From: Macrostomum lignano
Lineage: Eukaryota
Direction of reading: 5' to 3'
Length of the DNA: 64,000 nucleotides
Assembly: GCA_002269645.1 (NCBI GenBank)
Contig: NIVC01001331.1
Coordinates: 62,001 to 126,000, forward strand
A model generated the notes under the pieces. That model saw only the letters and a list, made by a program, of their open reading frames with translations. It did no database searches and was not told the origin of the DNA. A program made the translations under genes and the position numbers. This document shows, in pieces, positions 11,290 through 24,347 of this stretch (position 1 is the first letter of the stretch; each line of letters opens with the position of its first letter).

Positions 11290-12458
11290 CTTAGAGATTT
11301 AGTATATTGTGACTATATAGCCATTTAGCCCCCCGCTGGGGGCTTTAAAATGACACCTAGTGGTTTTTATTTTGGCCCAACAGTAACCATTGATCTCCAT
11401 TTCCATTAATCAAAAATTACTTTTTCTCATTTTGGCAAAAATAAATTGCCATGAATCAAAACTAAATAAATAAATATGGTCTCCTGTGTTCCCAAGCCAC
11501 CCACATGACACTGGTAGATTGCGTAGTAGGTAAGGACTGAAATAATGGCCAAACACGAGTGCGCGTGTAGCACTACTTATAATATAAGACACATAGAGGC
11601 CATTATTTCAGCATAGCGCAGTCTGTCGACCATTATTTCAGCGTGCCGGAAGCGGTAATTATTCCACACTTTTTTATCACGCTTTAATTGGCTGTTTGAG
11701 AGTTATTTTACCCATAGACGACTGAGATGTGTGTCTTAGTTTGACCATAGACAACACTGTGATGAGTGCTGATTTCGTTTGCGTCTTGCAAGAAATCAGG
11801 AAAGCGGATAGTATGAGTGAAAGCTATTTGTCTTGTCAAACAACTATGGCTGGTGCATGTCGTCAAGCCCCCGCTTATTAATTGAAAAAATCTTCTTGTC
11901 AACGACTGAACGAACCATATATAGTGTGCGGCCTTTAGTGAAAATATAAAAAGAACGCATCGATTTAATGCGGCTTCCCATTTTTAAACGAATACATGTA
12001 CATGTATCATCATTTTCAGAAAACAATCTGAATTGATAGTTGATAGATAGGCGCGCATTTTGAACCCGCTAAATTCCAATTGAACTCGGAACTAATTTTG
12101 CATACATTCTAATAAAAAAATATTAATAACAATAATTGCAATTATAATAATTATAATAATCAAAACTCTCTTTAATCTGTTTAAATAATAATAACTGTTT
12201 TATATGTAATAGCTTTTTACTACAAATTGTCGCCAGATTGACTGTCGCTGTTTTGACTGACGTCGGATCGTCTGTCGCCGGATTGACTGGCCCTTAGTAA
12301 GGCGACGAACACCAAATCAACATGACATTCGACACACAGCTGATGTACCTGTACTGTAACTGTACTGGTACTTTGATTTGAGCGCCAATGCTATCTCGCT
12401 GATTGTAGTGTGACTATATTATTTTTTCTTTGAAAAGTCGATATTAGAACGGGCCAAG

Positions 12459-13305
12459 ATGTGCGACTTGAGTCCATTTAGGCCTAATGCAATTCAAAGT
12501 GAAACGTATCTGGAGAAAGATGATGCATTTGCCGTGTCTGTCTCGCATGTACAGAACATACAGGTTGGCGCTACAGAGAATACCACTCAGTTGCCTCTAC
12601 CAGAAGCTTGGAATGAACTATCTTTGCAAGACCCAACAATGTCAAAGGCCTACATGGTTCCTGAAGAAATTGTCAATGATGATGTTCAATTCAATCGGCC
12701 AGCCATTGGAAATGCCACATTAGATCCAATCGAAGACCCACTCGAAGATTCTGATAGGTCATTTTTGGAACAAGTAAAATCGAAATCTGTATTAAAGGAA
12801 AATGGTGAAAATGATTGCCATTTTATTGAAGAACTTGTTCCTTCATTGCCCAGCTCTGTCAACTATGATTTTGTCTCAATGTCACTCAGCCCAAACAAGT
12901 CAATTGATATAGACTCTAGGTCAGAGCATTTAGCAACAACTTTATATAACTTTGGTCAAAATGATGAAATATCTATATCTTTGACTAAGCCTAGTAATGC
13001 CAATGATTTTACTAGCTCTGCATCTATTAGCATTATGCCAAATAACTATGATAGGCATGAGAAGGATAATCAGCCTTCTACTATTACAGATGCAACAAAG
13101 CAACCATGTATTATTAAATTGACAGCGAAACCAAAAAAGAAACAGTCAAAAGTCCCAATCATAAAGATTAATAAGCTTCAAAATTTGAAGTCAGTGTCAC
13201 AAAATGATCCAATGGTTGATATTAAATCTGAGTCATTATATACTACCATGGCTAATTCTGAAATGCCTATGGTTTCAACTATATTTTTTGATATTAATCA
13301 ATCAG
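12459..13305 (+). CDS. Large low-complexity coding exon of the YY1-like zinc-finger gene (true start may lie slightly upstream)
   Basis: 847-nt open frame ending at a phase-1 donor (cag|gtaggc, 13306) that is in frame with the acceptor at 16905-16906. Confidence 0.65.
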
Positions 13306-14794
13306 GTAGGCCTATGTTTTATTATATTTTATTTGTTTTTTCATAGATAAATAGTGCTTCTTTTTTAACTAATGTTTATTAAAGTTTTTAAAAATTATAC
13401 TGGTATATTTAATTTTTCTATTTGAGATTCAATTGCTTGCTTGCAGGCTTAAATAATATATAAAATGCTATATTATTAACTTTATAGATATTTTATTGAA
13501 CTATTTTCGAAAGGCTATAAAATAAAGGTTAGATTATATCATATTTCTAAGATTTTAAGATTTAAAATATATATGTTTAAGCTAGAGCCTAATTAGCATC
13601 GAGTACTCATACTCACAGTAGACTTATTTTTACTATTCTATATATTAATATTGATATTATTATTTTTAAATGTCTATTATGATAATAAACAAAAACAGTT
13701 ATTATATAATATGATATATAATATTAAGCTTCTTAGTAACTTGATAGGATATAGCCCAAGCCCATTTCAGCAAAGCAAATCTACTATAACGGAATAGCAT
13801 CTAATAAAACAAAATTTTACTAATTAAAAGAAAATTGCCATAGAATATAAAAAATATGACATTTTTTTCTTTTGACTTTTTCTTAAAACAATAAAAACTT
13901 TTTGCTCATTGCCAAAGCTTGGATCAATCCTAATAAATTGTTTGCCAAAATAGTTAGCTTTAGACAAAATGGTCACTGCAAAAGTATTTTTTGCTATTAT
14001 GGACTTTTGCCAAAGTGGGTTAAAACCACTTGATATTATCAAATATGAACCCTATTGTAGCCAAGGTCTAAATTGTGCTATGCATCCCCTTTTTTGTTTG
14101 GGGTTTCTATGCTAGCATGCCAGACTGCGCCTATACTATTGAAGGCCAATCTATATCAGACATTGTTTATTATAATGGCTATTGTCTATAATAGGGAATA
14201 CAAATATGATAATATTGTGGTTACCAATAATCATATAGTCACAAGTCTGGACTTTTTTGAGATCTCAAAACCAAGATTGAGATTTTAAAATGTTCTAAGA
14301 TCTTGACAATCAAGATCAAGATCTTGTTCAACCCCTATTATAAAAGTGTCTGCTTTTCTTTTACATAAACCCTATTAAAAAGTAGCTAAATAATAGGTAG
14401 AATATCTAGTATATTTTCAAAAGTGACATAGCATTTAGCATATTTTCTATATTATTCTTGAATTAGCATAGTGCTTAATATAAAGAACTAGGAAATAGTA
14501 TAGTATAGCAATTAATGTAAAACACTTGACATTGTCATAGTGTTGCCCTTTGCAAATGATACTCAGTACCAATATGTACAAGTAGCATTTTGGCCTATAC
14601 CATGAAAATAGTATAAAAAATGTTTATTATTAGACCTTTTCCTAATCTTTCCATTGAATCTCTCCTTGATATAGTTTTATACCTTAGAGAATGATCCCTT
14701 GGTGTATTTTTCGGACCTTCAATACATTTGTATATTTTTAAGCTAATTTTAATAGGATAATATAAGAAATATGACCATTTAAATACCTACAATA

Positions 14795-15747
14795 TAAGGG
14801 ATGTTCCATAAGTACTTATACTTTTGCATGCTGCTCATTAACAATGCAATCAATCATTCCAAGTTAGGTGTTGCTAGAAAGCAGCTTTTCCATTCTATAA
14901 GTTGCTACCAGAATCATTTGGTTGTTCTGTCAGTTTTATCAAAAGTTACAACTACATGTGTAGCCAAAGGTTACCCAGACTTATAAGAAACATTAAACTG
15001 AGAAAACAGAGATACGTGGTTATTAGCAGCAACTTTTTTCTTGATCACTTATCCTTAGATAGTGCAGAAACCCCCACATAGTTTCCACTTGATTTGATAC
15101 ACTTGAACCATCTGGTAAGCATGCTGTTGATGGCATCTGCATACAACTATCAAGGGATGACATAAAGCAGAATTCACCTATGGACCTGGGCAGATCAGCA
15201 ACATTGGTCCTTCCTCCCTCAAACTGCTCAACCCAATTGTAAACCATCATCTTGCTTACCACGCTAGCTTCATGAATGTTGCATAAATCCAAAAAGATCT
15301 CAGAGTGCTTCTTTCCAAGCTTCCAAAGTGTGAAAATTGCAGCACATTTCCTTGTTTTGAGTTCACATTCATGGTGATGCAATAGACAAGGTGGGCAATG
15401 TGCTCTTCAAACAGCAAGAAAAAGCAGTGACATTTTTTTAGGAAGTCAAATGCTAACACTAAAAGTTGAACTTTTCAGCTAAGCTGAAGCTAGAATTTTT
15501 CATAGACAAAAAATTTATGCCTTTAAGAAAGCAAAGGAAGATGAACAAAGATTTTTTTGCACATTTTTTCTTGTAAGTTTGGGTGACCTTTGGCTACATA
15601 TGTAGTTGTAATTGACAGAACCAAATGATTCTGGTAGCAACTTGTAGAAGGGAAAAGCCTCTTTCTAGCAACACCTAACTTGGAATGATTGATTGCATTG
15701 TTCATGAGTAGCATGCAAAAGTATAAGTGCTTATAGAACACCCCTCA
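14795..15747 (-). mobile_element. Internally deleted mariner (Tc1/mariner) element with ~230-bp TIRs and TA target-site duplication
   Basis: Inverted arms ~14795-15020 and ~15520-15747, with TA at 14793-14794 and 15748-15749. The internal frame LGKKHSEIFLDLCNIHEASVVSKMMVYNWVEQFEGGRTNVADLPRS resembles the mariner N-terminal HTH. Confidence 0.85.
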
Positions 15748-16869
15748 TATATCTTTAATTAAACAGTACTTTAAGTTCTGTCAAATGAAGGAGACATCAT
15801 GCTACCATTTCTGCTAAGGGCTAGACCATAGCTAGGTCTGTCCAGGCATTTTTTTAATATACCCATTTATGCTTTACAAGTGTCTATTAGGTGGCTATAT
15901 ATGTTCTAACAAGATGGTATTTGGAAAGTCAAAGTCAGATTTTGGCGACTCCATGAATTGAAGAAAATACAAATAAGTTTCAGTTCTATCTATATTAGTA
16001 TACAATGGCTTATATTCCAAAACTAATGATAAGAATATGGACATTGTTTTGGTACAAAAACTTCTAGTTACTATTATTACTAGATTTAAATCCACTGGAA
16101 TATTATTTCTAGAGAATTGTTAAAAATGAACTTAATAAATATACAAATAAAAATAATGTCATTGTTGATAAATGCAATAATATACCTAAATAATATATGC
16201 AATTGCTTGAAGTCAAGAATTTTAAAGCTATAATTTTTAGGCATTTTTAGTTATATATACAATAAATATATATAATTAGTGATAACCAGATGAAAATATG
16301 CTTTATTTCATTATATTATAGCTTATATAAGTCTAATCATATTTTGTCTTGTCTATAAGCTTATTATAATTGAAAGCTATTGCTTTAGATGAAAACATTT
16401 AAAATATAAATTAGGTAAATACAAAATTTATATAAAATATAAATTATATATCTAAAATCACAATGTTAGGCTTTTTAGATTTTTAAAGCTTGTATGGAAT
16501 GCTCTATATTATAATATTAGTGTTTGTATTGTATTATTATTTACATATTAACTTGCTTCAAAAAATTTAGGTTGGGGGGTAATAGCTGCCTTCCTTCAGA
16601 GGAGACTTATTTTGTGGGCCAGGCACTACACTAGCCATGAAACTTAGTTTTGCAATCCATGGTCTACCACAGTTTTTACCAGTTGGATTGGCTAGGTTAG
16701 CTAGCAGAAGCACATAAGATATAAGATAGGCCCACCTACTCTTTGCACCAAATTTCTTGTTGTACCATTGAAAAAATTCTGCTCATAATTCATAGACTAA
16801 GATTATACATTTTTTAATTATTATATAATTTTGCAAATCTCATCTATATTACTTACAAAGGATCTGTAA

Positions 16870-17397
<528 letters not shown>

Positions 17398-17812
17398 ATG
17401 AATGGCCATAACAATTTGCAATCTGCTATATTGGTGGCATTGGTGTGCGAATCGGCAATTCTAGGAGTTCCAAGCATCTTCAAAGTAGAATAATTGCTCT
17501 GAAGAAGAGAGATTTAACAATGCAATTGTGCCTAGTAATATTTAAACTTAAATTAATCCGCTGAGAATGCGCTCAAAATCATTCAAAGACGGTATCAATC
17601 GTGTTGTTCTCACCGTTGATAGAGATCCGCATCTTTTGCTTCGTTTGCCATAAAAGCATACCAATTGCATATCCATTTGCGACTGACATTGCGCGTCTGT
17701 TTTTGTTATTTTTCTCATTTCTAATTGGCACATTACTTGTATCGATAATTAATTGTGTTGTGTTGCTTTGCACATTTGTGTATTTTAAAATTTGTTCTAA
17801 CATACTCTAGCA

Positions 17813-18111
17813 CATGGGTCGGCAAGCGTTTCTACCTCAGGGGCAAGATAAAGAATCTAGATCATGGATCAGCCGGCCTGATGCGAAGGGGAAGGAGAGG
17901 GAAGAGGAGAGAGGTGAGAGAGAAGATAAGAAGAGAAAAAAGGAGGGCGATGAAAGCCGAAACGAGAGATAAGAGAAAAGAGAATGGGAGAGAGCTGACA
18001 AGAGACGCAAGCCTCGAGCAGGCCGGATTGCTATTGTAAAGTTTCAAAGGACCCGATAGCCGGATAGAGAGGCTTCGCGGCCCGCGTGTGGCTGGAGTTT
18101 GCCGACCCCTG
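17813..18111 (+). mobile_element. hAT-type MITE, copy 1 (ends CA(T/G)GGGTCGGCAA ... TTGCCGACCCCTG)
   Basis: 13-bp terminal inverted repeats of hAT style; internal sequence is shared with 18631-18895. Confidence 0.7.
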
Positions 18112-18630
18112 GTTTAACATGATGCTAAATAGTTTATTTTCTTATCCAAAATTAAGTCATCCGTTGGTAATTGTTGTTTTTATATTTATGTTAATTCAAT
18201 ATGCTAATATTTATGTTCTTTTTTCTACATATATTCCGTTAAAAAGTAACATTATTTTTTCTTTCAAAACTTTTTCATACTTTGCTTGCTTCCGTATTGA
18301 AATGTGTATTTAGCGTCTGTTCAGTCATTCACTCACTCTCTGCTTGGTTTTCAAAGTGCTTTTCAGAACAGCGCGTTTTATTGCTTTTAATTACATTTTA
18401 TTTTCAAAATTTGTACGATCGTTTCATTGCGTTGTACATGCTTGGGCGCAACCTTGGGATTCACTCGGCCGTTTCTATTGGCAACATACACATGTAAGTC
18501 GCTATTGGACGGAATAGTAGTCACGTGACTGCTCTCAGCCAATAGCATGTATGTATTGTATCTGTGTCTTCTTTGTAGCATTTTGGCAGCATTTTGTGTG
18601 ACTATTACATATACTTCTCTCATTCTAGTG

Positions 18631-18895
18631 AGGTTCTAGGCAAACTTTTTTTACCTTAAGAGCCAGATAGAGGCTACGGGCTAGATGTGAGTGGAGAGGA
18701 TATGGAATAAAAAATAAGAGAAGAGAGAAGAGGATGCAAGAGATGGGATGAGATAAGAGAGCAGAGGGGAGAGAATAGAGCCGAGAAGAGACAAAACTGG
18801 AGCGGATGGTATTGCTATTGGGAAGTTTCCCGAGGCCGGATGGAGAGGCTTCGTGGGCCGCATGTGGCCCTCAGATCGGACTTGTCCGAGCCCTG
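18631..18895 (+). mobile_element. hAT-type MITE, copy 2
   Basis: Homologous 3' portion (attgctattg..aagtttc..gccggat.gagaggcttcg). Flanked by ttctagtg / ttctagtc, a 7/8-matching 8-bp TSD. Confidence 0.65.
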
Positions 18896-20316
18896 TTCTA
18901 GTCTTTTTGTGCGCGTTTTGTGCCCCAACCAGGCAGCTCTATTTTTCAGGTTAACTCACTGACTGTAATTTGAACAAGCTACATTGTGACTTAGTGTATC
19001 CTTGACTTAATCTCTGGTTAATATTCTGGACGTGATGCAACTTCCGTAATCTTCGAACTTGCACTGTTTGATCAGAATTTTTTTTTCTTACGGTACATGC
19101 ATTTATAAGGTTGCTAATTATCTAACAATAACGTACAATTTTTACTACAATCAGAGCTATGCATTTAATTACGCTCGTCGTAGGTATACATCATGCTTCA
19201 AATAGAAACTTAAAACGACATGCAGAAGGAAGATCGTTCTGTAGCAATATATGCAGTGGTCCTTGACTAAGATCTTGACATAACCCCTAAGTCAGTCCGT
19301 GTTTGAGTTTCTTCTCGACTGAAGTTGTAGTACATGTACATATGTATTGTCTTCATCTCATACAAGCAAGGATAAATGTTATCCTTTTCAAGTTCAACCA
19401 CACATGTATGTCATTATACATTGAGCGATATCACGTGTCACTAATACATGTACGTAATATACTGATTAATAGAATAAAAACTTCAGGCGCATTAATTATC
19501 TTATAACATCTTTCATACAAATGTGTAATGAAAGATTTAGGAACTGTACGTATACGTTCGTACACTTACAATGTACGTACACACAGCATGTACAAAGTCT
19601 GACTCGAGTAAAAGGTCGATAGCTGATTTGCTGTTTCTTCCAAGGACTGCTTAAGTAAAGCCAGGAAACTTCGTTTTTTGAAAATATTTTCTATGCTGGC
19701 TCAAAATTAATCTGAGACAAAAATTAATCTGCAACCCAAAATAGCGATAGCTTTTCATGCTAGGCAGATCAAATGCAATTCAAGCCTTTTTCATGACACC
19801 ACGTCCCTGCCTTTTTCTTAACTTCAAATTGATTTTGCACGGCTTACAAAATGAATAAACAGCATAAAATGGAACCCATGGAATCATTAACCTTTTAAAG
19901 TTTAAAAGGATAAGGATGTCATATTTTTTAGATGTCTGTTTTGTTTTCAAATGGCACTTCAAAAAACCAGGCAGTTAATTGTCTTTTAGTTAGGAGTTAC
20001 GGCGAAGCATTCTGAGCTCGTAAATAACGAGGTTGATAGACAAAATGCCAGTGGGAAAAATTGACGTAGCACTGCGAAGACTGTTTTCTATTCTTCAAGC
20101 TCTGTTGCATAGCGATTTGGCAGTAGTTGCCTTGGTTACTAGCCCACGATTGGACAACAAAATTATACAGTCGTTTTCCAAAAAGCCCGGGCTTTTAAAT
20201 TCCAGCGGTAGATCAACTCATCAAGTTCATTGCGTTTCAATTGCATTTCTCTTGTGAATTCAAAACACATTCTATTTTCGAATCACCCTTAACTCTAAAC
20301 TTTGCTGTCATACAAA

Positions 20317-20319
20317 ATG
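20317..20319 (+). CDS. CaM: Calmodulin exon 1 (initiator ATG only)
   Basis: caaaATG|gtaagt: a perfect donor right after the ATG, the conserved calmodulin architecture. Exon 2 begins with the Ala2 codon. Confidence 0.85.
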
Positions 20320-22106
20320 GTAAGTTTTTTCTTGTTTATCTTTCTTACTCTTACTTCTTACTTTTTCTATGTAAAATCCGAGCAAGTAGCTTCTTCCCTT
20401 GACTTGTGAATGTCATTCTCAATTGTCATGCAAGGCATGAAATTTTATTTGTTGCAATTTTATGTTTCACTTGACTTCAGCTTTCTAATTTCTTTAATTA
20501 ATTACTACCTTATGGCTTATCCTTGGCTTTTGGCCTCATCAAATATTTAATTTATAAAACCAGGCTAGCTAGGCTTATAAATTATAATAGGCCTAATATA
20601 ACTAATCATATTCTAAATCATATTTTGATTTTTTTTATCATATTGATATTTATGATTTCAAAGTAATTGTTTTGTGAAAATTTTAATCATCACCAATCAG
20701 TGTTAAGATATTTTTGACTTCAGATCACCTGATTTCAAGAGACTTTAGTTTAGACTTTTCATTTTAATTAATTATAAAACACTACTTTGAATTAGGTTAA
20801 AAAACTTTTTTGTCCTTGGCTTAATGATTTTGGTTTAAACTACTTACTTTTTTGTTATACTATAACCCTATTATATAACTTTGCTCTAAATAGATAAAAA
20901 TCACGAAGATTAAGATTTGAGAACTATATTATTTAACTTTTAAAAGTACTTTTAGCCATATCATAATTATTATATAATATTATTAAAAATATAGCTTTAT
21001 AAAACTTGTTTAGTATATAAATGTATAATTGCTTGCTGACCTAGCTAATTGTAGTTGACTAGAAGCATACATGCCCAATTTCAAAATGTCACCCCTCCAG
21101 TGCAACTTAATTTTATCTAGATTTGCAACTTTGTTGCTCTCAATTGCAATTTATTTACTTATTTTCACTTTGTATATGACTTTTATTGCCTTTTTCTCTT
21201 TTTTCTCTTCTTTCTCTTTCATCTTTTCCTCTTTCTTTCTCCTTCCTTTCTTTTCCTTTTCTCTTTCTCTCCTTTTTTCTTCTCCCAAATTTTCATTTTT
21301 TGCATTTTCAATTTTGCAACTTACCTTGGCTAGTGGCCCGTCTAGTTTGGACAGGTTATATGGGTATTGGGCATGTATGACTAGGGGTAAGTCTCAAAAA
21401 TGCCCACCTAAAATAATATAGACATAGTACTAATTTGATGACAAGATATTTAGCTTTAATATAAGATAGTCAAGTATAATATATGCCTTATTATATTAAA
21501 CTACTTTATCTTAACCTTAGCTTTAAAAATATGCTATAAATATCTTGCAATGTTTAATTTTTCTTATTGGTTATATAGATTAAATCTAATATTTTTTACA
21601 TTTTTATTTTAACTTTAAATGTCATTTTGAAGCTAACTAAATTCTAGAAAAATATTTTTAAAAATGTAAAATTTATGTTTTAGGTCTAAAAAATCATGTC
21701 AACCTTTTAGCAAAAAAATTGAGGGTTTTCGTTTTTATTAGAAAACCACTATTTAAATCTTGTCAAGACTTTAATATCATAAATATCTTAAGTGATTTTA
21801 GAGTAGAAAAGCAGACACATACATGTGCGATCGACCGACCGATTTGGTGGCCAACCAAGGAAGTTGCAAAAATGCCAACCCGAAAGAACACCGAGTAGTA
21901 GTACTAAGTAGCTGACGAGGCATTTTGGCTTTATAAGACAGTCATAGTTACTCCTGCCGTTTACCCAAAGTTGCGTTAATTTTGCTTTTGGGTTTTTTTA
22001 CATTTAAGTCGCATTTTTGGCCAAAAACTACGTCGCATTTTCGTTAAAACTAAGTTGCACGGCCAACTGAAATTTGGAGGTTGCGCATGTATGAGCAGAC
22101 ATATAG

Positions 22107-22643
<537 letters not shown>

Positions 22644-23422
22644 TGACCTCTGCTCACTCGCGCACACACCTGCTGCTGCTGGGAACTAATAGTTATTTAA
22701 GGCTGTTTCTAGATAAGATTGCATAGCGTATATAACTTACTAATATTTTAAAACCCTTGCATCCCTTCCAAAGCAGCTTTAGAATTAATCTATATAAATC
22801 AATTTTGCCTTGTCGGTGCTTTGAACAAGGTTGCATGGGTTATATACGGCACAGTATTTCAATTCTTAATGCACATTCACTGATCTGTTGTGTCCCACTC
22901 GCCAGTGTCCCTCTAGACACGCAAGACACGTATTTATGCACATAGGCTGATAATAAGTACTAACTATTCGGTTAAGCTTTGTTAACTTGCAATAGCGGGA
23001 GCATTGTCGGTGGCTTTAGCTAGTCAGCTTATCGTAGATTCTTAGCTCGGACCCGGATCTCGTTTCAAAGCCGAGCCTAGGTGATGTAAACAACAATTCC
23101 GGGGCATTTTGGTGTTCTGAAGGCCATATGGGGTTATTTATGATATGTAATCCGACGCTTGGCTGAAATTAAATATTCAGTCGGATTATAGATGAAAATC
23201 CGCCGTAGCAGTGTAGGCGAAATGCAAGACATCTGTACATTGAATTTTTCGGCTTCAACCGTAAACGAGTTTTATAGGTGTCAGTAGGCTCGAAATTGCG
23301 TGCTTTCGCGTTACAACTAACTATAGACGCGTAGGTAAATATAAAAAGTGTTTTGATTGTCTTTCCCTAACAAGAGAGCAGACTCGTAATGAAACCGCCT
23401 CACGCCGGTCTAAAGCGGGGCT

Positions 23423-23731
23423 GGCCATAGACTATTGCTGTCATTTTAACAGAGTGCTCCCTATACAAACCTGCACGAGCGGTGTTAAGAAAGCATGGCC
23501 ATAGACTACTGCTGTCATTTTAACAGAGTGCTTCCCATACAAGCCTGCACGAGCGGTGTTAAGAAAGCATGGCCATAGACTACTGCTGTCATTTTAACAG
23601 AGTGCTTCCCATACAAGCCTGCACGAGCGGTGTTAAGAAAAACATGGCCATAGACTACTGCTGTCATTTTAACAGAGTGCTCCCCATACAAGCCTGCACG
23701 AGCGGTGTTAAGAAAGCATGGCCATAGACTA
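23423..23731. repeat. 74-bp tandem array (ggccatagactactgctgtc...aagaaagcat), ~4 copies, in CaM intron 2
   Basis: Unit starts at 23423, 23497, 23571, 23646 and 23720. Confidence 0.95.
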
Positions 23732-24318
23732 CGCCAGTATAATCATAGACTATAAATGGATAATCATGAGACGCAGTTCTATCAATACGAGAACGAGTCC
23801 CTCAGCTTGTTTCTCTGCTTTAATCTGATGCATCTGAACTTAAATTGTACGACTCATTTAGATTGTCAAAAGAGATAGCACACGGGCTGTCTTTGGTGCT
23901 GTGCTAGTTTTGGCCATAGACTATAAAGTGGACAATAAAACAAAGGAAACAATAATATAAAAAATCCATGAGAAACATGTGGGCTAGGTAGAGAGAGAGG
24001 TATTGCTAATCGTGTCTCATTCATAAGCCGACAAGTGCCTCGAACTGTTTGCAAGTTAATTTTGGCTTTACTATTCGGACGCGCGCTTTATTAATTATGT
24101 ATCAAAATATAGAGATAAGACAATAGAATTGAGAATAGTTAGCTTTTTGATTGGTTCAATATTAATTTTGCAGTTGTATTTTTGCTTGCCTCGAGTTTAC
24201 ACTGCGTTACTATTACTATTATAATTACTATTAATATTATATAGCTGACGCAGCCGACAATTTGCCGTTGTCTCTAAATGTTGTTTATTTTTGCTTTTTG
24301 ATTTTCTCTTCATTTCAG

Positions 24319-24347
24319 AGTTTGTTAGAATGATGACCACTAAGTAG
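24319..24347 (+). CDS. CaM: Calmodulin alternative last exon 3a (EFVRMMTTK*)
   Basis: Polypyrimidine tract ending tttcag; phase-1 compatible; TAG at 24345-24347; AATAAA at 24621. Confidence 0.88.

Larger units (their letters stand above)
8379..11465 (+). mobile_element. Helentron/HINE-like non-autonomous element (head ACTAG plus GC hairpin; tail (cagа)n plus ttagtatatt) followed by a second head
   Basis: Segment 8381-8526 is nearly repeated at 11318-11463, and both start with the hairpin agcccccc-gct-ggggg(g)ct. A (caga)n microsatellite at 11240-11289 lies just before the second head. Degenerate internal duplications span 8860-10470. Confidence 0.5.
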
